64,000 nt of DNA from Candidatus Nanoarchaeia archaeon. Lineage in GTDB: Archaea > Nanobdellota > Nanobdellia > Woesearchaeales > ARS49. A model generated the notes under the pieces. That model was not told the origin of the DNA, made no database searches, and worked only from the letters and a program-made list of their open reading frames with translations. Numbering within the stretch: position 1 is the first letter of the stretch; every line of letters starts with the position of its first letter. The position numbers were made by a program, and so were the translations under genes. This document shows positions 1 to 8,792 of the stretch, in pieces. Location: the NCBI GenBank assembly GCA_041489925.1, contig JBGPSD010000002.1:55449-119448 (forward strand), given 5' to 3'.

Positions 1-636
1 TTCCTTCCCAAAGTCCTTCCAGGCAAAGTCAGAGAAGTGCACAAGCGCTGATGCTGAGTCCCACAGCAAAACACTGCCTGCGGTTCTCGCGGGTGATGGA
101 TAAACTATCAGGCTTGGGGGCAGGAGCATTGACGTGAGCATGACTTCTTTGAGTGACTCTTTTGTTATCTGCTCAGGCGCGAGCTTGCCCAGCTGTACGT
201 GCTTTGCGAGGAGCTTTGTGCCGTCAACAATGTCATCCTGGCCATCATATCTCAGGCAGAAATTCACAAAGCAGCGGTCATACTCGCTTGTTGCGGAGAT
301 GACATGCTTTATCGGCTCCAAAGCCCGCTCAGGAAGCTCATACCACTTGCCGAGAACAGAAATCTTCACCTGGTTGTTGTCAAGGAATGTTTCGTGCATA
401 AGCGCGGTGAACAAAGTCACGATTGTGTCAACCTCGTTTTCTGTGTGGCTTGAAGGAAAATGCAGGGTTATCATTGGAATCCTGAGGTTGACAGCAAGAG
501 TCATCAGCTCCATAATGTTCCGCAGGCTAACCTCTGGCGAAACCTGCTCGTTTGAGAAAAGGCTTATTGCGACGTGCGTTGGCAAGGGCTGCGGACTGAG
601 TGAAATCCCGATGCCTTTATCTACCGTCGAATTCAC
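1..636 (-). CDS. cis-prenyltransferase (UppS)-like protein, C-terminal part runs off the window edge; N-terminal catalytic DGNxRWA motif is absent
   Basis: Minus-strand translation reads ...PLPTHVAISLFSNEQ...VNFCLRYDGQDDIVDGTKLLAKHVQLGKLAPEQITKESLKEV...RTAGSVLLWDSASALVHFSDFAWKDFGKE. This matches the UppS core and the C-terminal RxG/LLWQ/WPDF region, but the Asp-containing P-loop (MDGNGRWA) is replaced by SLFSNEQV. Start is uncertain (ATG at 513 or GTG at 636). Confidence 0.5.
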   Translation of the reverse strand, partial: MNSTVDKGIGISLSPQPLPTHVAISLFSNEQVSPEVSLRNIMELMTLAVNLRIPMITLHFPSSHTENEVDTIVTLFTALMHETFLDNNQVKISVLGKWYELPERALEPIKHVISATSEYDRCFVNFCLRYDGQDDIVDGTKLLAKHVQLGKLAPEQITKESLKEVMLTSMLLPPSLIVYPSPARTAGSVLLWDSASALVHFSDFAWKDFGKE

Positions 637-659
637 AACTGGTTTTCAATGGGCAAGTA

Positions 660-667
660 TTTATATA
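660..667 (+). promoter_or_regulatory. TATA-box-like element (tttatata) about 26 bp upstream of the prepilin peptidase start
   Basis: AT-rich octamer centred about -26 from the ATG at 690, the spacing expected for an archaeal promoter. Confidence 0.4.
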
Positions 668-689
668 TGTTCTGAACGAAAAGGGAATC

Positions 690-1532
690 ATGCTTGAGGT
701 TGTGCTTGCAACATTTGCGCTTTTGCTGTTAATTGCAGGAACATATTCTGACATCCGCACCCGCGAGGTTCCTGACTGGGTTAACCTGTCCGGAATTGTT
801 GCGGGTATTGGAATCAGGGCTTTGTACGGCTTCATTGAGCACGACTGGCGCGCGCTTGGCTGGGGACTGCTGGGTTTTGTTGTGTTTTTCGCGCTATCAA
901 TAATTATGTATTACACCGGCCAATGGGGCGGAGGGGACAGCAAGCTCCTTATGGCAATGGGAGCGCTTTTGGGGCTTGAGTTTTCTCGCAACAGCATTGG
1001 TGTGGCATTCCTCGCATGGGTTGTGCTTGCAGGCGCAGGCTATGGGCTTGTGTGGAGCCTTGCCCTTGCCTTGAAGCACTGGCGGGCATTTATTTCAAGG
1101 TTTGCAGCGATGGAGACGCCATTGAGCTGGGTGCGGCTTCCAATGCTCGGCATTCTTGTTTTGGGATTTGCATTTGCAATCGCTACCAATGATGAGCTTC
1201 TTCGCGTCCTGCTTATGATACTCGGATTGCTTATTCCTGTCCTGTTTTACACTGCAATCGGTGTGAAGGCAGTTGAAAACTGCTGCATGTACAAGCTTTT
1301 GCCTGTTGGCCTGCTTACAGAAGGCGACTGGGTTGCGAAAATAGTGAAAGTCAAAGGAAAATACATTTGCGGGCCCAAAGACCTTGGAATAAAAAAAGAG
1401 CAAATCCAGCAGCTGAAAAAACTTCATGTCAAGGAAATTCTTGTCAGGGAGGGTGTTCCATTTGTCCCCTCATTCCTGATAGCATTCCTTTGCGCATTAA
1501 TCTTCGGCAGCCCGCTCGGGTGGTTTTTTTAA
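690..1532 (+). CDS. type IV prepilin / preflagellin peptidase (A24 family, FlaK/PibD/EppA-like)
   Basis: Polytopic membrane protein with the two catalytic Asp motifs: DIRTREVPDW near the N-terminus and GGGDSKLLMAMGALLG. Start taken at the internal ATG (MLEVV...) that sits behind the TATA box. Confidence 0.75.
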   Translation: MLEVVLATFALLLLIAGTYSDIRTREVPDWVNLSGIVAGIGIRALYGFIEHDWRALGWGLLGFVVFFALSIIMYYTGQWGGGDSKLLMAMGALLGLEFSRNSIGVAFLAWVVLAGAGYGLVWSLALALKHWRAFISRFAAMETPLSWVRLPMLGILVLGFAFAIATNDELLRVLLMILGLLIPVLFYTAIGVKAVENCCMYKLLPVGLLTEGDWVAKIVKVKGKYICGPKDLGIKKEQIQQLKKLHVKEILVREGVPFVPSFLIAFLCALIFGSPLGWFF

Positions 1533-3040
1533 TTCTCTTTTTTCGGCTTGAGGTCAAGCAGGTAATCAACAGTTTGTGAGTCCACTCCCTGCGCAATCCT
1601 TTCAAGCACAATCTTGACTCCTGTCTTATCTTTTTGGTGCGCAAAGTCAAGCAGTGCACTACGAAGCCCACTCTTTGCAATTATTGCTTCTCTCAGCGGG
1701 CTTATCAGGGATTCGTCTTTAAGGCAGACTGCATTGTAGTACGCATATTCAGGATGTTTTTCTTTGGCACACTCAACAAACATCCGCATTCCTTCTGCGT
1801 CATCGTGCTGCGCAAACAAATACCTTGACTCTTCAATGTTGCTGAGCAATTCCTGCCGCAGGCTTCCAATAAGCGAAATGTCTGCAGGGGTTTTATCCTT
1901 AATTTCTATTATCCTGCGGTATGCTGCAATGCCCATCCCACGTTTTGCCAACGCAATTCCAAGCTTTCTTTTGGTATCGTCTTTGCAGTCATCCAAAATA
2001 CTGTCAACTGTTTCTGGCGATTTTTCAATGAATGCCGGCGCTGCTTTTGCCATTATTTGTTTTACATCCTTGTATTTGCCACGGTCATAGCTGCCCTCTT
2101 TCTTATACATTTTCAACAACTCAAGCCCGATATCAAGAAGTTCAGGACCTTCATATTCTGCGTGCGTGAATGCGTCTGCAGCTTCAAAAATTTTGTGTTG
2201 TTCCAATAGCCTTTTTCCTGCAGCAATCATTCCTTCAGTGTCAGTGCACACTCTTGTGCCGGTTCCCTGCCAGCTTTGTTTATACCTTAAGAATTTGCTC
2301 ACTGCGTGTTCAGGCATTTTATTTATCAATTGTTTTCTAATATTCTCAAAGGCAGTCTTGTCCTCTTGTGTTGGGACTTGGATGTTTAATGCAAAATCAT
2401 ATGCCTTTTCAAGATTTGTTTTTGCCAAATGTGCCACTATTGTCCTGTAATCCTGGTCTGTGTCAAGCCTTTTTAGTATTCCAACTGAGTATTCTGTGTC
2501 TTTTTCAATGAATGTTATTGCGTGCTGGCGCAGTCCGTCTGTGTCGTCCAGTTCTCTTAAGCACAGCTGAACAGTTTCTCTGTTAGTCCAGTCTTTTGCA
2601 TATTTGTCTGCAATCTGCCTGAGCAAGTCATTTCTGCCCTCTCCTTTGTACAAATCAAAGGCAACACTAGGGTTTGTTTCCATGGCAAGCTTTGCCACTG
2701 TCTGCATTCCCTGCTCGTCGCCTCTTTCTCTGAGAACATTTATCCCCTTCCCTGTTTTTGCCATGTTTTCAAGAATCTGGTTTCTGACTGTTGAAAAGTC
2801 TCCATTGTACAGCCATCTTGCAAATCCGTGGACCAAAGAATACACAGTTGCAGGGCTGCAGTCTTCTTTGAGCGCTTCATCAACAAATCCTGTGACAAGG
2901 TCTCTTGCATCCTGGTCTTTGATTTTGCCTTGTGCTGTCAGCTGGTTGACTTTATTCTCCAAATCAGAAACACCCACGCGAAATTCAACCATTTGCTTTC
3001 CAAGATTTTCATAGACGCTTGCCATACTGCATCCCCCCAC
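1529..3040 (-). CDS. hypothetical protein, alpha-helical, 503 aa
   Basis: Long uninterrupted ORF with no recognisable motif; overlaps the upstream gene by 4 nt. Confidence 0.5.
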   Translation of the reverse strand: MGGCSMASVYENLGKQMVEFRVGVSDLENKVNQLTAQGKIKDQDARDLVTGFVDEALKEDCSPATVYSLVHGFARWLYNGDFSTVRNQILENMAKTGKGINVLRERGDEQGMQTVAKLAMETNPSVAFDLYKGEGRNDLLRQIADKYAKDWTNRETVQLCLRELDDTDGLRQHAITFIEKDTEYSVGILKRLDTDQDYRTIVAHLAKTNLEKAYDFALNIQVPTQEDKTAFENIRKQLINKMPEHAVSKFLRYKQSWQGTGTRVCTDTEGMIAAGKRLLEQHKIFEAADAFTHAEYEGPELLDIGLELLKMYKKEGSYDRGKYKDVKQIMAKAAPAFIEKSPETVDSILDDCKDDTKRKLGIALAKRGMGIAAYRRIIEIKDKTPADISLIGSLRQELLSNIEESRYLFAQHDDAEGMRMFVECAKEKHPEYAYYNAVCLKDESLISPLREAIIAKSGLRSALLDFAHQKDKTGVKIVLERIAQGVDSQTVDYLLDLKPKKEN

Positions 3041-3087
3041 ATTATTTAGAAAACAGTATTGTCAGCTAATTATAAAGCTTTGGAGAA

Positions 3088-3603
3088 TTACGGCAGCCTT
3101 TCGAGCTGCTTGAGAAGGTAGTTTTCTCCCTCGTCCTTGATTTCTTCTGCCTTCTTGACTTCTTTTGGCTTTTCCTTTTCTTTCTCAAATATTCCGATGC
3201 TCTTTGACTCTTCCCTGAGCTTGAGCTCGATTGTGCTCATTTCCTCCTCTGACAGCTGCTTTGCCTGCCAGGCAAAGTTCAATCCGTCATTTTCGCGCCT
3301 TGGCATCACATTGAGCAAAAAGTGGTTGACGCTCTGCCCTGCTGCCACGCCATTGTTCGCAATTATGTTTGTGCCTTCTGCGCCAAGTGTTTCAAATACT
3401 GCAATCGAGACCTTGTTTGCCTTGTCAAAGAGCTTTCCGATTATGAAGTCAGGAACCTGCTCAAGAATCGCGGCGTGGATTTTTGGCGCGAGGATTATGT
3501 GCCCTGCGACAGCTGGCTTTGGGGCGAGAAGTATTGCAATCTGCTCGTCCTCGTAGAGCAGTCCTTTTTTCGCCTTGATAAGTTCGCAGATTTCGCAGCC
3601 CAT
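3088..3603 (-). CDS. HIT-fold protein with a degenerate histidine triad and a K/E-rich C-terminal tail
   Basis: N-terminal CxxC (CEIC) and the Hint-like fold signature ...GAEGTNIIANNGVAAGQSVNHFLLNVMPR. The triad HxHxH is reduced to H-F-L-L-N. Confidence 0.6.
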   Translation of the reverse strand: MGCEICELIKAKKGLLYEDEQIAILLAPKPAVAGHIILAPKIHAAILEQVPDFIIGKLFDKANKVSIAVFETLGAEGTNIIANNGVAAGQSVNHFLLNVMPRRENDGLNFAWQAKQLSEEEMSTIELKLREESKSIGIFEKEKEKPKEVKKAEEIKDEGENYLLKQLERLP

Positions 3604-3604
3604 T

Positions 3605-4276
3605 TTATCCGCCTGCCAGCAGCTTTGCTATGTCGTCAAGGTTTGCCTTCTTTGGCACTGCTGGTTTGCCTTTTTTGTCAGATGGCTTGTTTGCTTCAGC
3701 CTTTTCAGATTTCTTTTCCGCCTTTGGCTCTGCTTTCTTCTCCGGCTCTTCCTCTTTTGGAGATTGTGATTCCTCTTCTGCCTCAGGCTCGTCAGGAACC
3801 TTCAGCCCGAGAGCTTTTGCAAGCGCCTTCTTGAGAATCTGCTGGGCTTTCTTTGCTTCAGCCTCACTCATTGCCCTTTCAGGAATCGCGAATCCAATCT
3901 GGTCCCCTTCCATCCGCGGGATTACGTGCATCATGAAATGCTGTGCCCTTTGGCCCGCAGTCACCCCATTTGCAACGAAAAGGTTTGTGCCCTGAGCCTT
4001 CAAAGCCCTCAGTTGGGCGTGCGAAACCCCTTTTGCAACCATTCCGATATGCTGAAGCACATCTTCAGGAATCTGGGGCATTATCACGTAATGCTCTTTT
4101 GGGACAATAAGGACGTGGCCTGGGTTTGAGGGGTTGATGTCAAGCACGCAGACAACCTTTTCATCCTCATAGATTTTCTTGGATGCAACCCTTCCGGAGG
4201 CGATGTGGCAGAATATGCACTGCTGCTTGGACATTGCCTCAGCCTGCTCTGGTGAAAGATTCTCCTCGTCTGCCAT
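3605..4276 (-). CDS. HIT-fold protein lacking the middle (nucleophile) histidine, with a long Lys/Glu/Pro-rich tail
   Basis: CIFC zinc motif and ...GQRAQHFMMHVIPR aligning to GQxVxHxHxHVIPR with H-M-H. The C-terminal 90 aa are low-complexity KEEEPEKKAEPK... Confidence 0.65.
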   Translation of the reverse strand: MADEENLSPEQAEAMSKQQCIFCHIASGRVASKKIYEDEKVVCVLDINPSNPGHVLIVPKEHYVIMPQIPEDVLQHIGMVAKGVSHAQLRALKAQGTNLFVANGVTAGQRAQHFMMHVIPRMEGDQIGFAIPERAMSEAEAKKAQQILKKALAKALGLKVPDEPEAEEESQSPKEEEPEKKAEPKAEKKSEKAEANKPSDKKGKPAVPKKANLDDIAKLLAGG

Positions 4277-4329
4277 ATGCCTTCGGAGTTTTGCGTGGTT
4301 TATATTCTTTACCCCATCTTCCGCTATAT

Positions 4330-4337
4330 TTATAAAT
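4330..4337 (+). promoter_or_regulatory. TATA-like box (tttataaa) in a bidirectional intergenic region
   Basis: Centred about -40 from the 4374 start; the reverse complement (tttataaa) lies about 55-60 nt upstream of the divergent gene starting at 4276. Confidence 0.4.
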
Positions 4338-4373
4338 GAGTCTTGCTAAAAACTTGTAAAAAGAGGCAAAGAA

Positions 4374-4865
4374 ATGAGTTTCATGTCTGATAAAAGGGGC
4401 ATATCACCGCTTATTGCGACAGTTCTTCTTATTGTCCTCTCTGTCGGAATGGGTGTTGCAGTGATGAGCTGGGGCGAGGAATACATTGAGGCAAAGGCAG
4501 AGTTCGTCCAGGGCGTCCAGGAAACTGTCACAAGCTGCGACCTTGTCCAGATGTCAATCATAAAGATAAGTGGCGTTGAACAGATGTGCCTTGCAGAAAC
4601 CACAGTCAAGGGGCTTATTGACAACGGCCCTGACGCAGATGTCCAGGACATCCACGCGCGCGTACTCGGTGAAAACGGGGTTTATGTTGATGAGAGCATC
4701 CTTGACAAGCCATTAGCGCGAGGCAGCGCAAGCCCTGTCGCATTCTCCGCAGGGGACATTGGCGCAATCAGCCAGATAAAGTTCACTCCAAAGATAATGA
4801 TCGCGGGCAAGCAGGTTGTCTGCTCCAAGCAGGCAATTGTTGCTGAGAACATAAGGAAGTGCTGA
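4374..4865 (+). CDS. pilin-like protein with a class III signal peptide (archaeal type IV pilin / DUF361-like N-terminus)
   Basis: N-terminus MSFMSDKRG/ISPLIATVLLIVLSVGMGVAV: a charged stretch, then KRG, then a hydrophobic helix. Confidence 0.65.
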   Translation: MSFMSDKRGISPLIATVLLIVLSVGMGVAVMSWGEEYIEAKAEFVQGVQETVTSCDLVQMSIIKISGVEQMCLAETTVKGLIDNGPDADVQDIHARVLGENGVYVDESILDKPLARGSASPVAFSAGDIGAISQIKFTPKIMIAGKQVVCSKQAIVAENIRKC

Positions 4866-4871
4866 TTTTTT

Positions 4872-5531
4872 CTAGGAGAACACAGACTTGCTCGGGTAAA
4901 TCCAGTTTCTTATCGCGTCCCTGAGGCTCCTGCCAAGTGTTTTCTGCGGCGCGCTGGCTTTGGCTGTCGCAAGCTCCTTTGCGGCAAATCCTGTCGGCGT
5001 GTTGCACTGGTTGAGCCTGCAGCCGTCGCCTTTCAGGTTCTTGTTGATGTAATGGAAAGAGTTGCCTTCTGCTTTTACCAGTTGAACTGGGGTTTTTATG
5101 CTGATGTCATAGCTGTTTTCAACCACAACCGCCGTGGAGTTCATGACCTTCAGCCCTATCTGGTTGTGGATGAAGTTTGCATTTATTACTGTAATCTGCT
5201 TTGAGTTCTTGATGAGCATTCCAATGTCATAGTTTGCAATCTGGCAGTTCTTTATCGTGACATTTTTGCGGTCTATTATGACAAGCCCTGAATTCTGGTA
5301 TGCACCGTGCAAAACGCTTGTGCCACAGTCAAACACTATGTTGTCCATTGTGATGTTAAGCCCCTGCGGATAATTGTGGGGGTAATAATTGTCTGCGCAG
5401 AGAAGCATTGACTGGTCAATCCTTGGCGGGTCAATCTCGCGCGTGCAAGTCCTGCTGGCGGCGAAAACAGAGGGCAAAAGCAGGCATAATACGATAAGAA
5501 CTGCAAAAACCCGTGACGACATGCTCACCAC
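4872..5531 (-). CDS. secreted right-handed parallel beta-helix repeat protein
   Basis: Signal peptide followed by repeated ~22-aa units of the type ITVINANFIHNQIGLKV (PbH1-like). Confidence 0.6.
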   Translation of the reverse strand: MVSMSSRVFAVLIVLCLLLPSVFAASRTCTREIDPPRIDQSMLLCADNYYPHNYPQGLNITMDNIVFDCGTSVLHGAYQNSGLVIIDRKNVTIKNCQIANYDIGMLIKNSKQITVINANFIHNQIGLKVMNSTAVVVENSYDISIKTPVQLVKAEGNSFHYINKNLKGDGCRLNQCNTPTGFAAKELATAKASAPQKTLGRSLRDAIRNWIYPSKSVFS

Positions 5532-5581
5532 TACTTTTTGTGTCGCTTTCTCTTGTACCTACTATATAATAGTTTCGAGAA

Positions 5582-6427
5582 CTAGCCGTGCTCGTAGTGG
5601 TGGTGCTGGAAGAGCAAAAAGCCCATTATGTAGCAGATTGTGCACAAAAGCACCATTGTCCAGAATCTTGCCTTGTCAGGGAGCTGGCCCATGAATGACT
5701 TTGAGAATGCCCCTGTTGACATTATCGGCTTGCTGCTGGCAGGCTTTGGCTTGGTTGTGAGGTTTAGCATTGCAGGAGCAGGCTTTTCCGGTACTGCCTC
5801 TGGTGCTTTCTGCTCAACAACGGGCTCTTCAGGCGGTGCAGGGCAGTCATTGTCATTCTTGTAATTGCAGCTTGGCGAGCAGTAAAAGTCATCGTTCTCG
5901 CAGGGATTCATCGGCCCTGCGCTGTTGCACAGGTTTACGTCGCAGAAATCCTTGTCAAGGTCCTTGTTGATAAGCCAGAATGAGTTGAATTTTGATGAGA
6001 GTGCGCTGACCGGCTTCAGAAGGCTCTTGTCTGCATTGTTTTCAAAGCGGTTTTCAAATGAGCTGAGCATCCTGACCCCAATCCTGTTTTTCAGAAGGGC
6101 ATTCTGCACGATTGTGTTGCGGTTTCCGTCCTTTACGTAAACTCCGACATCATAGTTCAGGAGGTTGCAGTTCTTGACAGTGACGCCGTCTGCGTGGTCA
6201 ATGATTATTCCCTGGCCGTCCTGCATAGCTTTGCCGATGATTAGCGCGCCATTGCAGTCAAGCGTGACATTGTCTGTCTTTATTGTTATCCCGCTTGGAA
6301 CATCATATGCCTTGTTGCACAGCATTATGTCCTTGTTTACCTGCATAAGGTCAAATGCAGCCTCGCATTGTGCGAGCGCTGAAGGCACCAGCACAAGAAT
6401 TGCCAGAAGCAAAAGCGCAAATCTCAT
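5582..6427 (-). CDS. secreted parallel beta-helix repeat protein, paralog of 4872..5531, with a C-terminal TM anchor
   Basis: Signal peptide, beta-helix repeats (VTVKNCNLLNYDVGVYV...), a Cys-rich segment and a C-terminal hydrophobic helix. Confidence 0.6.
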   Translation of the reverse strand: MRFALLLLAILVLVPSALAQCEAAFDLMQVNKDIMLCNKAYDVPSGITIKTDNVTLDCNGALIIGKAMQDGQGIIIDHADGVTVKNCNLLNYDVGVYVKDGNRNTIVQNALLKNRIGVRMLSSFENRFENNADKSLLKPVSALSSKFNSFWLINKDLDKDFCDVNLCNSAGPMNPCENDDFYCSPSCNYKNDNDCPAPPEEPVVEQKAPEAVPEKPAPAMLNLTTKPKPASSKPIMSTGAFSKSFMGQLPDKARFWTMVLLCTICYIMGFLLFQHHHYEHG

Positions 6428-6639
6428 GAGTACCTCTTGCTCTCGACAAAAACAACAAGTGTGGGCAGGTAAATCAGCAGCAGCACGAAGATGATGATGA
6501 ATGTGAGGGTGTTGAACTGCCCCTCAAGGACTCTTAGTATTGCATAAGCGAATGGAAGCGCAAGCAGTGGCTCCAAAAACTCGCTGTACTTGTACTTCTT
6601 GTGCCACAAATGGCTGAAAAATCCCCTTTTTTCTTCCAT
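6424..6639 (-). CDS. small membrane protein, 71 aa
   Basis: Its stop overlaps the downstream gene start by 4 nt (ATGA); one TM helix. Confidence 0.35.
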   Translation of the reverse strand: MEEKRGFFSHLWHKKYKYSEFLEPLLALPFAYAILRVLEGQFNTLTFIIIFVLLLIYLPTLVVFVESKRYS

Positions 6640-6677
6640 AGGCGGGAAATATCAATCAGAGGATAAAAATATTGTGG

Positions 6678-7487
6678 TTAGATTTGGAAGAAATCAAGGT
6701 AGTCTGCTTTTTCCATCACTGTCTTGCCCTCAGTTACCTCAACGCGCAATGGCATTCCTGTCTGCTCATCAGCCCACATTTTTGTCTTGCGGTTGGAGTT
6801 CTGCAGGTCAGTAAAGCTGTAAAGTATCGCTGTGCGCTTGGCTATGTGGCTACCGGGCAGTATTTCCGCAGGTGTCCTGTAAAGGAATTCCTCAAGCCAT
6901 TTTATCGGCATCTTGAATCCGAAAGTGTCAAATGAAACATCAAAATCAACCCCGATGATGTCATCGCAGGGTGTGTTTTCCTTTTCTTTAACCAGATTTT
7001 CAGGCGGAATGCATTGCCCAATTGCAGTCTTGTTGGCCATGTCAAGCAGGACTGTGTTGACAAACACTTTCATCTTTCTTCCATTCACTGTCTGGTCGCC
7101 GAGAGGGTAATAGTATGTGAGCCTGCGGGCAATGCTGCCATTTGCAACAACAACCTCATCACCCTTGTAATAGAACCTGTAGTTTTTGACACTGCTCGCA
7201 TTCGCGTAAACCGCGTTCATTATCGTTGGCTTGTACCTTCCTGACTTGTTGGCTGTTGCCTGCGCTTTCAGTGCGGCTTCCTCGTATTCTTTCTGCTCCT
7301 GCGTTTGTATCTCCACTGACAGGTCAATAGTGTCGCAGGCTCCGTTCGCATTCAAATCCCTGCAGCATCCGCCATCAGATGGTATTTCAGGCCATTTGCA
7401 CTGCGAAACAGGCAGGGGCTGGTTTTGCTGGGTTGTCGCGCAGCCCGCAAGAATCAATAATGCAAGCAAAAGAAGTGCCTTTTTCAT
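6678..7487 (-). CDS. hypothetical lipoprotein
   Basis: MKKALLLLALLILAGC lipobox-like signal; start set at the internal Met. Confidence 0.5.
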   Translation of the reverse strand: MKKALLLLALLILAGCATTQQNQPLPVSQCKWPEIPSDGGCCRDLNANGACDTIDLSVEIQTQEQKEYEEAALKAQATANKSGRYKPTIMNAVYANASSVKNYRFYYKGDEVVVANGSIARRLTYYYPLGDQTVNGRKMKVFVNTVLLDMANKTAIGQCIPPENLVKEKENTPCDDIIGVDFDVSFDTFGFKMPIKWLEEFLYRTPAEILPGSHIAKRTAILYSFTDLQNSNRKTKMWADEQTGMPLRVEVTEGKTVMEKADYLDFFQI

Positions 7488-7498
7488 TTTTTGCCTTA

Positions 7499-7891
7499 CT
7501 AGCCAAGGTAATGTTGCGCGCCGGTATATTCCCCGGCATAGCCCCAAGGCGGCTGTCCGAACTGGATTGCACAGTTTTCAAAGCAGGCCTTTGTTTCAGG
7601 CCGCGCGCTTGACAGGTTGAATGCTTTTACCCTTTCATTCGCCAGGCATTCCCACCTGCAGTCCCCGTAATCGCCTTTCTGCGTTACAATGACTGAATTT
7701 GTGAGCCCGTGCCAGTAATCGTTAAGTGTCCCTCTCTGGGTTGTTTCAGGGTCATAGATGTACGGCCTTGGCGCCATTCCTGTGGCTCCGCTGCTTACAG
7801 AAACAAAAATCATTCCGCCAAGCGCTATAAGCGCCACAGCCAGAAAGAGTGCAAACTCAGCGCCTCCTCTTTTTCCTTTTATCATTGTCAT
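7499..7891 (-). CDS. small secreted protein with a class III/pilin-like N-terminus
   Basis: MTMIKGKRGG/AEFALFLAVALIALGGMIFV. Confidence 0.45.
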   Translation of the reverse strand: MTMIKGKRGGAEFALFLAVALIALGGMIFVSVSSGATGMAPRPYIYDPETTQRGTLNDYWHGLTNSVIVTQKGDYGDCRWECLANERVKAFNLSSARPETKACFENCAIQFGQPPWGYAGEYTGAQHYLG

Positions 7892-8089
7892 TGCGGCGGT
7901 TTTTGTGTATTTAAATGCTTCGCAAGAATCACTTCATCCTTCTTCTGAGCTTGGTCAGCTGTTCGTATTCCTGCTTTGTTGCATTGCCTGCCTTGCATTT
8001 CTCTTCCAGCAGAGCAAGCTCATCGCGGTATCCTCTCTTTAACTTGTCCATTGTCCTTCTGTCAGTTGGCATGTTTACCTCCTCTAATA

Positions 8090-8178
8090 AGCCTCCGACG
8101 GGAGTTGCACCCGCGACCTCAGCCTTTTTGCTGCGATTGCATACCAAGGCTGCGCAATAGCTACTATGCTACGGAGGC
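8090..8178 (-). tRNA. tRNA-Thr(GGU)-like gene with a ~16-nt intron in the anticodon loop; T-loop atypical (TGCAACT)
   Basis: Reverse complement folds as acceptor GCCTCCG/CGGAGGC, anticodon stem CAGCC/GGCTG with loop TTGGTA + insert, T-arm GCGGG-TGCAACT-CCCGT, discriminator T. Confidence 0.55.
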
Positions 8179-8220
8179 ATTGAAAGAAAGACGATATGGA
8201 CATTATTTAAAGATTGTTAT

Positions 8221-8757
8221 TTATTTTTGAGGTGCAAGGACATGCCTGTACAGCTCTTTTGCATTTCCTGTTGCAGGGTCTTTGCCGAATATGATGTAGT
8301 GATAAGTTCCGGATGACGGGACCGGGCTTGGAAATGTTGTTTCTGCGCTGCTCGCGTGTTTTTCAACAGGGAACGGCGCAGAATATCTCAGTTCAGGAAT
8401 GGTTATTGTCACAGGCGCGTATTTTGCCCACTCTTCAATCATCATTGTGTCGATCGTGATTTTCATTCCAGTCCACTCATCTTTAGGCGAGCGATAGAGC
8501 TGAAAGTCCATATACGGAATGCGCTTGGCAATTGTTGTTGGTGCTTGAGTACTTGTTTCCCCCTGCTGCCTCCTGTTCTGCGCAGGGGTGCTGTCATATG
8601 TATTTTTGCCTGAGAGAAGAAAGCCGGCAGTGCCTATTGCTATGACTCCGATTGTCCCCCATAAGCCAAGTCGGTGCTCTTTGACTGTCCGCACCAAGCC
8701 GCTTGGCTGTTTCTCTTCAGGTGTAACGCGCGGGTGCGTGTAATCATCAATTGCCAT
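8221..8757 (-). CDS. hypothetical membrane-anchored protein
   Basis: Single TM (WGTIGVIAIGTAGFLL) with no recognisable motifs. Confidence 0.45.
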   Translation of the reverse strand: MAIDDYTHPRVTPEEKQPSGLVRTVKEHRLGLWGTIGVIAIGTAGFLLSGKNTYDSTPAQNRRQQGETSTQAPTTIAKRIPYMDFQLYRSPKDEWTGMKITIDTMMIEEWAKYAPVTITIPELRYSAPFPVEKHASSAETTFPSPVPSSGTYHYIIFGKDPATGNAKELYRHVLAPQK

Positions 8758-8792
8758 AACTGCCCCCTATTGCATGGTCTTTTTAAAATTAG

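Noticed and set aside
600-689. 30-codon upstream extension of the prepilin peptidase ORF starting at 600
   Set aside because: It would overlap the UppS-like gene and lie upstream of the TATA box at 660..667; the ATG at 690 precedes the first TM helix directly
134-697. Plus-strand ORFs 134..697 (187 aa) and 199..453 (84 aa) at the left edge
   Set aside because: Cys/Ser-rich with no protein-like pattern; they lie antisense to a well-supported UppS-like gene on the minus strand
7929-8147. 72-aa minus-strand ORF
   Set aside because: Overlaps the tRNA-Thr-like gene on the same strand; most likely a read-through artefact of the ORF caller
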